Part shown: positions 32,240-41,036 of the stretch, in pieces
Position numbering within the stretch: position 1 is the first letter of the stretch
Layout of the letters: each line of letters opens with the position of its first letter
IMG/VR virus record: IMGVR_UViG_3300045988_151631
DNA from: a virus
DNA length: 42,177 bases
Reading direction: 5' to 3' (one strand)
Notes under the pieces: generated by a model
Seen by the model: only the letters and a program-made list of their open reading frames with translations
Told to the model about the DNA's origin: nothing
Database searches by the model: none
Made by a program: the position numbers and the translations under genes

Positions 32240-32680
32240 CTAAATTCTTTCAATCCTGATTGAATTTTCAACAACATATATAAAATCGGGGTCACTCGGA
32301 TACGCAAGGTAAAGGCTTATGATATCGGCATTCCTGATTATCATTTCCCTGTGCTGCCAACCTTTTATGGCCTCACACATAAGGCTTATGCCTGAAGCAC
32401 TTCGAGGTTTAACGGTTATGCCGCCGCTTCTTTTTGCGGCGGTATTGTAAACATCAAAGGAAATCTTGATATCACCCTTGACCTCAAAAGGAAACCGAGC
32501 AGTACCGTTTGCGTTCCAGCCGCTTGTGGGCTGCCACACCAAGCACTTGCGCCCCTCAAACTCTTTGCGCTGCATTCTTGCATTTTCGGCGATATCAATG
32601 CCTCCGCCGCTCGCAAAGAAATCAAAAAAAGCCGAGCTGTCAAACAAATTTGGGCGGCGAGCCATACTTCTTCGCCTCAT
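32240..32680 (-). CDS. Hypothetical protein (146 aa)
   Basis: Coupled to the stop of the fibre gene. Confidence 0.7.
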   Translation of the reverse strand: MRRRSMARRPNLFDSSAFFDFFASGGGIDIAENARMQRKEFEGRKCLVWQPTSGWNANGTARFPFEVKGDIKISFDVYNTAAKRSGGITVKPRSASGISLMCEAIKGWQHREMIIRNADIISLYLAYPSDPDFIYVVENSIRIERI

Positions 32681-34092
32681 CAGAAAGCACCTACTCTCGC
32701 TATCATCTGTTCAGTGCCGTCGCTTCGAGTGCCGAGCTGCTTAATATTCACCTCATATGAAGCGTTGGCAATAGGAACGAACACGCCGTCTGCGCAATCG
32801 TCACCAACCCACTTGATATTTTCGGCAGGGTAAACAAGCACGGTTGCCGTGTCGCCGCTCTCGAATGTGAACGCAAACTCTGCGCCTACATCCGTTAATA
32901 CGCTTGTTATGGTGATTTTTGTTAGCACATTTGAAAAATTCGTGTAAGTGTGGTCTACCGCCGCTATCTCAGGCTCTGTCACAGTACTTGTTGTGTTTTT
33001 CCATTTTTCAAGCTCGCTGCGCAGGATGTAATCACCCTCAGCTCTGCCGTACCACCACGACGAATCGGTGCAATAATAACAGCCCGCAAAATCGCCCGAT
33101 ACAACAATATAGTCATCTACCTCCCATACGATTATGCAACCCTGTGAAACTCTCACAGTATTGTTGCGCGTAAATGATGTTTGTCCGTCTCGCTTATAGC
33201 CGAGATAGCCCATACCCTCGGGATCATTAAGGAAGATATCGTATGCGCCGGTTTCGAGCGTTGACAAGTCATAAGCAAATCTTACTGCGCTGTTTGCGCT
33301 CAAATCAAGCGTTTTGCGCCCTGTGCGTGCCGATATATCAACAAGTGGTGCTGCTTGCTTGGCAATTTCCGCTTTATCTACGGTGGTTAGGACATAATCG
33401 CTGCCATTGTCTCCCTTGTCGCCTTTAGGGCCTTGCTCACCCTGTGGACCTTTAGCACCCTGTTCGCCTTTAGCTCCCTGTGGAATGACAAAATCGAGCA
33501 CCGCGGTGCTTTCCGTGCCGGAATTAACAACGCTTGCCGCACTGCCCGCTTCACCTGTGGTAACACTGCCCACCGCTATTGTGGCAGCTTTGCCGTCCTT
33601 GCCGGGTGCTCCGTCTGCTCCGGGTGCTCCGTTGAACTTGCCGCTGTCGGCATCATCACGCACGGATTGAGCTATTTTTTGTGCTTCCTCGGCAGCGTTG
33701 ATAACCTGCATATATTCGCTCGGTGTAGGGTCGGTTTCATCACCTGAATGAACAGTTGCATTATTGTAAAAACCGACTGTGTTTGTGGTAATAATGAATG
33801 TATCATTGTCAGCGTTTTTTTGTCCCTCGGTTGAAATCATAATATAGCCGGGATTGCTCAATACCTCGTGCGGTATAAAGCACTTGCAATCCTCACCGAG
33901 CGTTTGCGCCTTTTCAACGCCTGTTGTCTTGTTTTTGAAAAACGCACGCTTATTACAATCTTTCCAATCATCGGAAATGTAATTAAATGCACATTCTATG
34001 TAACGCCTTGTACCCTCAAAAGTGGCTATTTCTTTGCTTGCGGCTAAATTCTGTCCGTCGACAAGCAAGTTAATTGTGAGCTTATCAATCAT
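32680..34092 (-). CDS. Collagen-like tail fibre / BppU-like baseplate protein
   Basis: 470 aa. G-X-Y runs GAPGADGAPGKDG and GAKGEQGAKGPQGEQGPKGDKGDNG (DNA about 33405..33606). Confidence 0.75.
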   Translation of the reverse strand: MIDKLTINLLVDGQNLAASKEIATFEGTRRYIECAFNYISDDWKDCNKRAFFKNKTTGVEKAQTLGEDCKCFIPHEVLSNPGYIMISTEGQKNADNDTFIITTNTVGFYNNATVHSGDETDPTPSEYMQVINAAEEAQKIAQSVRDDADSGKFNGAPGADGAPGKDGKAATIAVGSVTTGEAGSAASVVNSGTESTAVLDFVIPQGAKGEQGAKGPQGEQGPKGDKGDNGSDYVLTTVDKAEIAKQAAPLVDISARTGRKTLDLSANSAVRFAYDLSTLETGAYDIFLNDPEGMGYLGYKRDGQTSFTRNNTVRVSQGCIIVWEVDDYIVVSGDFAGCYYCTDSSWWYGRAEGDYILRSELEKWKNTTSTVTEPEIAAVDHTYTNFSNVLTKITITSVLTDVGAEFAFTFESGDTATVLVYPAENIKWVGDDCADGVFVPIANASYEVNIKQLGTRSDGTEQMIARVGAF

Positions 34093-34696
34093 TGTTATTC
34101 ACCTTTACCATATAGCACCTGCAACCGTAATGCGGTTTCGGAGGCACTTTATCGATTTTGTATATTTTCCCATTTCGTTTTATGCATTCGGCACACACAT
34201 TTTTATCTGTTTGGGAAACCCATTTCAGCTTTAAAACGCCCTGCGCCTTAAAAACGGTTGTTCTTGCTTTATCAACAATCATTACGCCGTATTCCTCAAT
34301 TTGCTTTTTCAGCCCGCGTGCAAGTCGCTTTTGAGCTGTAATAGCGTCTATGCCGTTATACGAATAATCGTTGTCTTTAATGGTTATAAGCGTTTCAATA
34401 TATCGTTGTTCCTTGCGTTTCAGCTCGTTATAGTACACATATTGTGTGACTATGTAATACTCGTTAAGCCACTTTTTTACTTCATCCTCGGTTATATCCT
34501 GCCTATAAGCTTTGGCATTACGCAAAAGCATAGCAAATGCGGCTTGTTCGATTTTATAAAACGCTCTTTCTGTTTCTTTTTTTATCTGCTTAACAGAAGT
34601 TTTCGACAATCTAAGCCGCAAATTGTTCAAGATTATGTAAATCTTTTTTGCGAGCTTTTCGTTATCGTCAAGCAGTTGTTGATACGGAGTTGTCAT
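34085..34696 (-). CDS. Minor head protein (SPP1 gp7 / Mu F-like)
   Basis: C-terminal CAECIKRNGKIY .. HYGCRCYM motif, follows the portal gene. Confidence 0.75.
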   Translation of the reverse strand: MTTPYQQLLDDNEKLAKKIYIILNNLRLRLSKTSVKQIKKETERAFYKIEQAAFAMLLRNAKAYRQDITEDEVKKWLNEYYIVTQYVYYNELKRKEQRYIETLITIKDNDYSYNGIDAITAQKRLARGLKKQIEEYGVMIVDKARTTVFKAQGVLKLKWVSQTDKNVCAECIKRNGKIYKIDKVPPKPHYGCRCYMVKVNNND

Positions 34697-36251
34697 TTTG
34701 CTCCTTTATTGGGTCTTTGCCTGTGTTTTTCCCGCTTGCTGTGAAGCCGTCAGGCTCTGTATTTTTGCCTTTTGGCTCATCGCCCATATCGGTATCATCT
34801 TCAAGCGAAAACTTCCATTTGTCGAGGTAGGGCAGACTGTCAAGATATGCTTGCCCGCTATCGTTAAACAAACCGCAAAGTTTAAATGCAATACTCGGAT
34901 GAACACCCGCAGTAAGCATTCCGTTAAGCGCCTGCACCTTGACAAGCAGGTTATCTGTTCTGTTGCGGTTGAATTTAATCTCGATATCGGAGAGGCTTAA
35001 AGATTTAACTTCTTTAGGCGCATTTTTACTGTTGCCGATGATTTTTAAAACGATTTTTAAAAATTCCTGTTCGGATTGCTTGAATATTTCCTCAAATGCC
35101 TGCGCCTGCGTTTCGGCGATGTGCCAACCGTTGGAATACATAATCGCTTCGCCTGTATTTCCGCCTGTTGATTGTTCTCTGCCGGGAACACCCGCTATTT
35201 CAAGCATTTCTTTTGTGAAATCGTCAATAATTGTCTGTGTGTTGCTTTGGTTAAGCTCGGAAGCAAGCCACTCAACGGTTGCTTTTTTATCAGGGGTGAC
35301 ATCCGTTGTATTCAAGCAACCTTTTACCATAAGCTCGTTAAATTGTTCATCGGAAACTTTAACATTGTTAATCCACAGAATGGCCTGTATGAATTGTGCA
35401 ACGCCGTTTACTCTGTCGCTCGATACGGTATTGATTGCGTTAATAAGCTTGATAACGCGCTCGAAAGAACCGCAACGCGCTTCGTCTGCGTCATATTCAA
35501 CAATGGGTATAATTCCCATACCGTTTTTTTCGGATTTTAATATTTGCCAACCCATTGACGAACCCGCAAGCTCAAAATACTTCTCGTCTGTGTAGCAACC
35601 TAATGTGACCTCGCCTGTGTTGGTAATGACAAAAGTGCCTGCCAGCACTTTCTGCCTTTCAACCGTATTGGCATAAACAACAAAAGTGTATTCACTTTCG
35701 GGAATGTAAATCGAAAAAGAGGAAATCTCATTATCATCGTTTACATTCGCGGTTACAAGCCGATATCCCACGCCGCCCGTGAAAAATTCATCGGAAAGCT
35801 TTATATCCTTGCTATTCTTTGCCTGCTCGTACATCATTTCGTTAAGCTGAGCAACGGCAATATCGGTTTGTTCCTCAAGAGTGCTGTTCTTTCCTGCGTT
35901 GCGGATATCTTTTCTTGCACGCTGAATGTATGTTATCGGGTCGCCGAAAGTAAAGCCTTTCTTAAACTCCTTAATCTCGTGGGCGTGGTTTACAACAACG
36001 CGGTTATTGATATCGCCGCGTACTTTCTTATTGCGTTGCAATATCGGTTGTAAACCCTTTTCGTAGTTTTTCAGCATTTTGATTTTTCGGTAGTTCTCGT
36101 AAATATCGAAAATCAAATCGTTAAGAACATCTTGTATATTGCTTTCGTCAATCCTCGTGTAGTCGGTATAAAGCTTTATTCTGCCGTTGAAGTCGGTTTT
36201 TTCCGTTGCAACGGGGCTGTATTCTTTGATTGAGTTCCAAGTCTTAAACAT
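34668..36251 (-). CDS. Portal protein (SPP1 gp6-like)
   Basis: 527 aa, position between terL and the minor head protein. Confidence 0.85.
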   Translation of the reverse strand: MFKTWNSIKEYSPVATEKTDFNGRIKLYTDYTRIDESNIQDVLNDLIFDIYENYRKIKMLKNYEKGLQPILQRNKKVRGDINNRVVVNHAHEIKEFKKGFTFGDPITYIQRARKDIRNAGKNSTLEEQTDIAVAQLNEMMYEQAKNSKDIKLSDEFFTGGVGYRLVTANVNDDNEISSFSIYIPESEYTFVVYANTVERQKVLAGTFVITNTGEVTLGCYTDEKYFELAGSSMGWQILKSEKNGMGIIPIVEYDADEARCGSFERVIKLINAINTVSSDRVNGVAQFIQAILWINNVKVSDEQFNELMVKGCLNTTDVTPDKKATVEWLASELNQSNTQTIIDDFTKEMLEIAGVPGREQSTGGNTGEAIMYSNGWHIAETQAQAFEEIFKQSEQEFLKIVLKIIGNSKNAPKEVKSLSLSDIEIKFNRNRTDNLLVKVQALNGMLTAGVHPSIAFKLCGLFNDSGQAYLDSLPYLDKWKFSLEDDTDMGDEPKGKNTEPDGFTASGKNTGKDPIKEQNDNSVSTTA

Positions 36252-36272
36252 AAATGCTCCTAAATAAAAAAA

Positions 36273-36310
36273 AGAGCCACAAAATCAATCGTGACTCTCA
36301 GGCTCTTCAA
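36273..36310 (-). terminator. Terminator immediately upstream of the portal gene plus conserved box B (CTTGAAGAGCCTGAGAGTC)
   Basis: AGAGUCAC-10 nt-GUGGCUCU then 8 U. Confidence 0.65.
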
Positions 36311-36446
36311 GATGTATTTCAAATGTACGGTGACAAAACTTGCAATAGGGAAATACTGTTCCCTTTGTATCTTTTCCCACCTCAAGTAATTTCTTTTTAT
36401 ATCCTCGCCGCAAGCATTGCGGACAATAAATAATTTTTCGTTCCAT
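36285..36446 (-). CDS. Small zinc-ribbon protein (53 aa, not in track), Cys-rich KTR-like
   Basis: MERKIIYCPQC .. YCKFCHRTFEIHLEEPESHD. No clear SD. Confidence 0.45.
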   Translation of the reverse strand: MERKIIYCPQCLRRGYKKKLLEVGKDTKGTVFPYCKFCHRTFEIHLEEPESHD

Positions 36447-36548
36447 AATATGAGAGGGGCAGAGTATTTATTGTGTTCGCCCTCTGCCGTGGCATCGAAA
36501 AAAGAAAAATAAAAAAGGAAGTTCAGCGTGTCGCTCTCACGCAATTCT

Positions 36549-36578
36549 ATTATAATTTATAAACTTACAAAATATCAA
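36549..36578 (-). promoter_or_regulatory. Promoter-like element downstream of terL
   Basis: TTGATA, 18 nt, TATAAT on the minus strand. Confidence 0.45.
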
Positions 36579-36613
36579 CAGTTTATAACGCGTAGTTGTT
36601 GTTGAAAGACAAC

Positions 36614-38266
36614 TTAAAACAATCTATCCATAATTTTTATGTTCTCAAATGAGATTTTCTCTTTCATCATAGCTAAAGAAGCCAAACTGTCAGGCGCGTC
36701 ATCGTGTTTGTTCTTGCCCTCAACAACGAACGAAAACACGCCTTGCATAAACAACGCATATTCTTTGTTTCGGCTGTCCGTGCTCCGAAAATACATTTCC
36801 CGTATTTCCGGTGCGCGCTCAAATATTCGGAATTGCTTCTTTTGTCGGCTATATGCGTATGCGCCGTTCATATTGCAATAATAGTTACGCTTTTTCAACA
36901 ATTCGGCTACATCGTTCATGTACGCTTCGCCGCCTTGGTTAAACTCAAAATCCGCCATTTTCACATTATTGCGAATTATCGCATTTGCAATCAAGGGTTC
37001 GGTAACGCGCTTATCACCGTTATTGAACACAACATCGTGAATATATATGCGGTCGCCGTATTGGTAAGCAATAGGAAATGAGGTATAGTCGCCGCCGCCG
37101 AACGCAAGGTCGCCAAAAGCAAATACTCTGTCGGGTTCTGCATCGGGAAGCGTGCCGTTGTAAAAATTCATTGTATCGGATGTAAACAATGTGCCTTGTC
37201 TTTCAACGGGTTCACCTTGAAACTGAGCAAGCCAAGAAGCCATATCGTTATTGGCCTCGAACGAAGCGCGGCGCTCCCGGAAATATTCGGTGCTGAAGCC
37301 AACGCCGTAAGCATAATTAAAATTACTCTCATCGTTTTCATCAAGCGCAGGCAAATTGATAATCTTATATCGCGTATTTTTAAATGCGGAGTTTGTTTCA
37401 AGTAAACTCATCCTACGGCCCGCAGGGTCTGTCAAGCTCCACCTTGTGCCTATCCAAAGCTTTTTTGCCTTTTCCTTTGTACGAGTAACAAGGTTGTTAT
37501 CCACTTTGCTCCACGCACTATCAAGGCGGTTTTTGTTGAGTGCTTCCTCAATGCCGCCTATAAGGTCATCGGACACAAGAATACCGTCGCAGTCACAAGC
37601 ACCGTTAAGCGTTCCGTACAAAGAACGCGCGGTCATAGTAGGATAACGCTTTTTGCGTTTCAAATCCAATGTTTCCATTGCGGCATTTGTTGCCACTATA
37701 TTTATATCCGGGAACACATCGCCCCACAGATAAGTAAGGTCATCGTTTAATATCTCCAATATGCCATTATAGAACGCCTGCGTTATTGTATCGGAAAACG
37801 CACTGTAAAGGTTACTGCTCTCGGGTCGTTTACCGATAATCCAAGTCATAAAGAATGACACAAGCGTTGTTTTCCCAACTCTCGGAGGCATTGACAAAAA
37901 CAATTCATCAAGCTTATCATCCGCCAACTCCTGCATTGCGATAACCACGGGAAGCATTACCTTTCTGCGCGGCAGATAAAAGCGTTTGTGTGGCGGTCTA
38001 TTCAATTCCACATAAAGCAAATAGCTGTCAAAATCATACGGTGCAGCACACAAAAGTGCCGCCTTATAAAGCTTGTGAAACTCTAAAGCCGCCTTTGTGT
38101 CGCCTATGGACTGTTTTTTGATGTTTTTACGGCAAAGGGCTATAACTCGCTTGACGACCTCTAAATCCTTGTCATTTCGCCCCACATCAAGCAACATAGA
38201 CACATATTCAATTTTAGTCATATCCTTTGTCCGGATAATCTGCTCGGCTAACTTATTCATAGGCAT
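36614..38266 (-). CDS. terL: Terminase large subunit
   Basis: 550 aa. Walker A LSMPPRVGKTT, nuclease-domain-size C-terminus, upstream of the portal gene. Confidence 0.9.
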   Translation of the reverse strand: MPMNKLAEQIIRTKDMTKIEYVSMLLDVGRNDKDLEVVKRVIALCRKNIKKQSIGDTKAALEFHKLYKAALLCAAPYDFDSYLLYVELNRPPHKRFYLPRRKVMLPVVIAMQELADDKLDELFLSMPPRVGKTTLVSFFMTWIIGKRPESSNLYSAFSDTITQAFYNGILEILNDDLTYLWGDVFPDINIVATNAAMETLDLKRKKRYPTMTARSLYGTLNGACDCDGILVSDDLIGGIEEALNKNRLDSAWSKVDNNLVTRTKEKAKKLWIGTRWSLTDPAGRRMSLLETNSAFKNTRYKIINLPALDENDESNFNYAYGVGFSTEYFRERRASFEANNDMASWLAQFQGEPVERQGTLFTSDTMNFYNGTLPDAEPDRVFAFGDLAFGGGDYTSFPIAYQYGDRIYIHDVVFNNGDKRVTEPLIANAIIRNNVKMADFEFNQGGEAYMNDVAELLKKRNYYCNMNGAYAYSRQKKQFRIFERAPEIREMYFRSTDSRNKEYALFMQGVFSFVVEGKNKHDDAPDSLASLAMMKEKISFENIKIMDRLF

Positions 38267-38272
38267 AAAAAA

Positions 38273-38313
38273 AGAGCCACAGTAAAAAAACTGCGGCTCT
38301 CGTGGGCTCTCTC
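38273..38313 (-). terminator. Terminator between the recombinase and terL plus conserved box C (GAGAGAGCCCACGAGAGCC)
   Basis: AGAGCCGCAG-8 nt-CUGUGGCUCU then 7 U running straight into the terL ATG. Confidence 0.7.
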
Positions 38314-38874
38314 TTATTTATTATGTTCGTTGATAATCCTATAAAGCGATGTTCGCCCCACGCCTAAGCACTCGGCAAACTCTGCTCCTTTTATTTCTCC
38401 ATTACAATATTGTGCGTACAATCTTTGGTATTCTTCTTCATCGTAAGTCTTTTTCGGCCTGCCGAATTTCGTACCTTTCAGCTTTGCGGCTGCTATGCCC
38501 TCTCTTGCTCTTTCTAAGGTTTGCTCTCTCTCTAACTCACTGAGTGCGGCAAAAACCGTTAACATAAACTTTCCTTGCGGTGTAGATGTATCAATATTTT
38601 CTTTCTGCACCACAAGCTCAACATCTTTTGCCTTTAAGCAATCAACTATACTGAGGAAGTCCCTTGTGCTCCTTGCAAGCCTTGATATACTCTCAACTAT
38701 AAGCACATCGCCCTCTCTTACATAGCTTTCCATTGCTTTAAGTGCGGGTCTCTCTCTCTTTGCACCGCTCTCCTTATCTACGAATATCTTTTCAACACCT
38801 AATCTCTCCATAAGCAAATCTTGTCTATCCGTATGCTGTTGAGCTGTACTCACTCTTACATATCCTATTTTCAT
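38314..38874 (-). CDS. Small serine recombinase (resolvase/invertase family)
   Basis: MKIGYVRVSTAQQ (catalytic Ser motif), LIVESISRLARS, C-terminal HTH. 186 aa. Confidence 0.9.
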   Translation of the reverse strand: MKIGYVRVSTAQQHTDRQDLLMERLGVEKIFVDKESGAKRERPALKAMESYVREGDVLIVESISRLARSTRDFLSIVDCLKAKDVELVVQKENIDTSTPQGKFMLTVFAALSELEREQTLERAREGIAAAKLKGTKFGRPKKTYDEEEYQRLYAQYCNGEIKGAEFAECLGVGRTSLYRIINEHNK

Positions 38875-38904
38875 TTTTCCTTTTTCCTTTTCTTTTTTTC
38901 TTTG

Positions 38905-39180
38905 TGTTCATTATATCACAAGCTGTTCAACAAGTCAACACTTTATGAACACCTTTTTTGTTTTAAATGTGGTTACGGAGCTAAGACAACCTTTTATTAT
39001 ATCCATTCTAACCCCCTCCCACCCCTCGGGCTAAATCTTCGCTTGATATTCCAAAAGCCATAATTAATTGAACAGCTGCAACACTGTTCAATAATTCAAC
39101 AAGTTTAATTGTTGAATTGTTCAATAATTAAGAAATAGTTAATTGAACAATTATAATATTATTATTCAATGATTGAATAA
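38905..39180. promoter_or_regulatory. res-like array of TTGAACA/TGTTCAA dyads upstream of the recombinase gene
   Basis: TGTTCA-N16-TGAACA (38924..38951), TTGAACA-N10-TGTTCAA (39068..39091), TTGTTCAA-N18-TTGAACAA (39117..39150), TTATTCAAT-g-ATTGAATAA (39162..39180). Confidence 0.55.
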
Positions 39181-39396
39181 TCAAACAAATATTAAATAAA
39201 TAATAACATCCGTCTTAATAGTGGATACTTGGTTATATATTTTAATTTTTCACACATTAAGGGCTATAACATAATTCTATATGGTAAGAGCTGATAACAA
39301 GATTGTATATGTACTAATGATGATATAACAATATAAGAATAAAGAAATAAATAAATAAAATATAATAAAAAATTATATAATTATTAAAAATAGTTG

Positions 39397-39426
39397 TTGA
39401 CAATATGCCTGTGCATATGTTATAAT
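39397..39426 (+). promoter_or_regulatory. Near-consensus promoter of the plus-strand island
   Basis: TTGACA, 18 nt with TGt, TATAAT. Confidence 0.7.
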
Positions 39427-39492
39427 ATAAACAAGTTAAGGAGTTAAGAACCTTAACAAATACGGTGGCAGGTGCCAGAAAGGAAAAAGGAA

Positions 39493-39627
39493 ATGAAAGA
39501 AAACATGAGCGATTACCAATTTGAAACTATGTTAAAAATGATTTTAACAATTATTGACGGTTGCGAAACTCTCGACGAAGCAAGCGAAAAAATAAAAGCG
39601 CTTCTAAAGAAACCGAACAATAAATAA
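39493..39627 (+). CDS. Small hypothetical protein (44 aa, not in track)
   Basis: ATG after AGGAAAAAGGAA. Helical DYQFETMLKMILTIIDG. Confidence 0.5.
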   Translation: MKENMSDYQFETMLKMILTIIDGCETLDEASEKIKALLKKPNNK

Positions 39628-39902
39628 AAAAAGACCCCGACAATAAAAGCCGGGGCAATGACTCAAAAACAATATATAAGCCGCACGGTGTGGTACTTGC
39701 CGCCATCCGTCAACCGCTTATATGTTGCAAATACAATATATCACATTTAAAACAAAAAGGCAAGAAAAAAAGAGCGTAACCCCCGAAATAATGGAAAGAA
39801 AAGAGGGAAACGCTCCCGGAGCTTAAAGGATGTTAAAACCTCAAGCATTTGTATTTTAACATTCTTTGAACTCAAAGTCAATAAGAAAAGGAGATAAAAA
39901 GG

Positions 39903-40298
39903 ATGTTAAAGACAATTGAACAGGTAAAAGAGAATTTAAACAATAGAAAATGCCGCAGCGCTTGGGATAAGGGCGTTAATGCTTATGCGCTCGAACTGCT
40001 CGACAATTTGGCCGCCGCTCTTGCGTGGCAGCAGTTAGAGCAAATCCCAGAAGATTGGAAAACCTGCAAAGCTGATGTACTCAATGGGGCGGATGATTGG
40101 GCGGCGTTCTCTTGGGGTGGTTCTTCCTTGATATATGATTATGACATCGCCGAAAGACTTTGTACACCGTCCGAATTAAAAAGAACAAAGAACGGCGAAA
40201 GGAAGCCCAACGCCCGCGAAGATTGGCTCGACACGCAGGCAAGGGCGTTATATCAAGCTTGGAGCCGCTTATATTCAATAATTTACCTTTATAATTAA
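39903..40298 (+). CDS. Hypothetical protein (131 aa)
   Basis: SD AAAGGAG. RSAWDKGVNAYALELL .. LNGADDW .. WGGSSLIYDYDIAERLCTPSE conserved-looking core. Confidence 0.75.
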   Translation: MLKTIEQVKENLNNRKCRSAWDKGVNAYALELLDNLAAALAWQQLEQIPEDWKTCKADVLNGADDWAAFSWGGSSLIYDYDIAERLCTPSELKRTKNGERKPNAREDWLDTQARALYQAWSRLYSIIYLYN

Positions 40299-40397
40299 AC
40301 GCTTTTAAGGGGCTGAGCGCATCAACCCCATTCCACTAATAGCCGGGCGGGCTTAAAACGCAGACAAGATATAAAAAAAGAAAGGAAGTTATAAAAA

Positions 40398-40700
40398 ATG
40401 AAAAAGCAATTTGAAGAAATCGGACATTTGGGAGGCAATCCAAACATTGAAATAATAGAATATAAAAACAAATTCTACTGCCTTAGCGGTTGGAATGGTG
40501 AAAGATATTTCAATTGTTGGGAATGTGATAAGCCGTTTTGGTTTAACGGTAAATATTCTGCAAATCAAAAAAGCGATGAAAAATATACATTTATACCAAT
40601 CTACAATTATCAAATTGAAAACATCGACCTTGAAGCAATAGAGGAAAATCCAGATGAATGGCTGAACGCGGTAGAAACAGTTGATTTTGATATACAATAA
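40398..40700 (+). CDS. Hypothetical protein (100 aa)
   Basis: SD GAAAGGAAG. Confidence 0.7.
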   Translation: MKKQFEEIGHLGGNPNIEIIEYKNKFYCLSGWNGERYFNCWECDKPFWFNGKYSANQKSDEKYTFIPIYNYQIENIDLEAIEENPDEWLNAVETVDFDIQ

Positions 40701-40728
40701 TCGCAGAAAGGAAAAAAAAGGTAGAATT

Positions 40729-40956
40729 ATGAGTAAAAAAATGACAGCAAGAGAACTTGCAGAAATGGTAATCGAAGAAAATAGGCCGTTTGATTATTCG
40801 TGGTTGCGACACATCAGGCACACTTATTCGTCAAAAGAGTTGAAAGAATGGGCAAAAGATAATATTGAATACTTTACAACAGGGAAGGAGAGTAAACAGC
40901 TTATAGGCCGAGCCGCAACTATCTTATTGAGGGAAGTAATGGCAGAAGTTTGGTAA
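40729..40956 (+). CDS. Hypothetical protein (75 aa)
   Basis: ATG 40729 after AAAGG. Track start 40681 is an unlikely extension. Confidence 0.65.
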   Translation: MSKKMTARELAEMVIEENRPFDYSWLRHIRHTYSSKELKEWAKDNIEYFTTGKESKQLIGRAATILLREVMAEVW

Positions 40957-41036
40957 CGCAGAGTGACCGCCCTTTATGGGCGGGTAATGCGGCTAAGAGC
41001 GGTCACAAGCCCGCCGCAAAAAAAGGAAGTGAAAAA

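Noticed and set aside
32957-32975. Fifth copy of the GAGCCTGAGA box inside the collagen-like fibre gene
   Set aside because: It matches only 11 nt, lies in coding sequence (VTEPEIA) and has no associated hairpin. It is probably coincidental.
36260-36544. 94-aa track ORF in the terL-portal gap
   Set aside because: It has a hydrophobic, low-complexity translation and no SD. The 53-aa zinc-ribbon ORF in another frame (36285..36446) is the more protein-like reading of this region.
39008-39032. C-rich tract (CCCCCTCCCACCCCTCGGG) as a G-quadruplex on the minus strand
   Set aside because: Only three clear G-runs are present, which is insufficient for a canonical four-run quadruplex.
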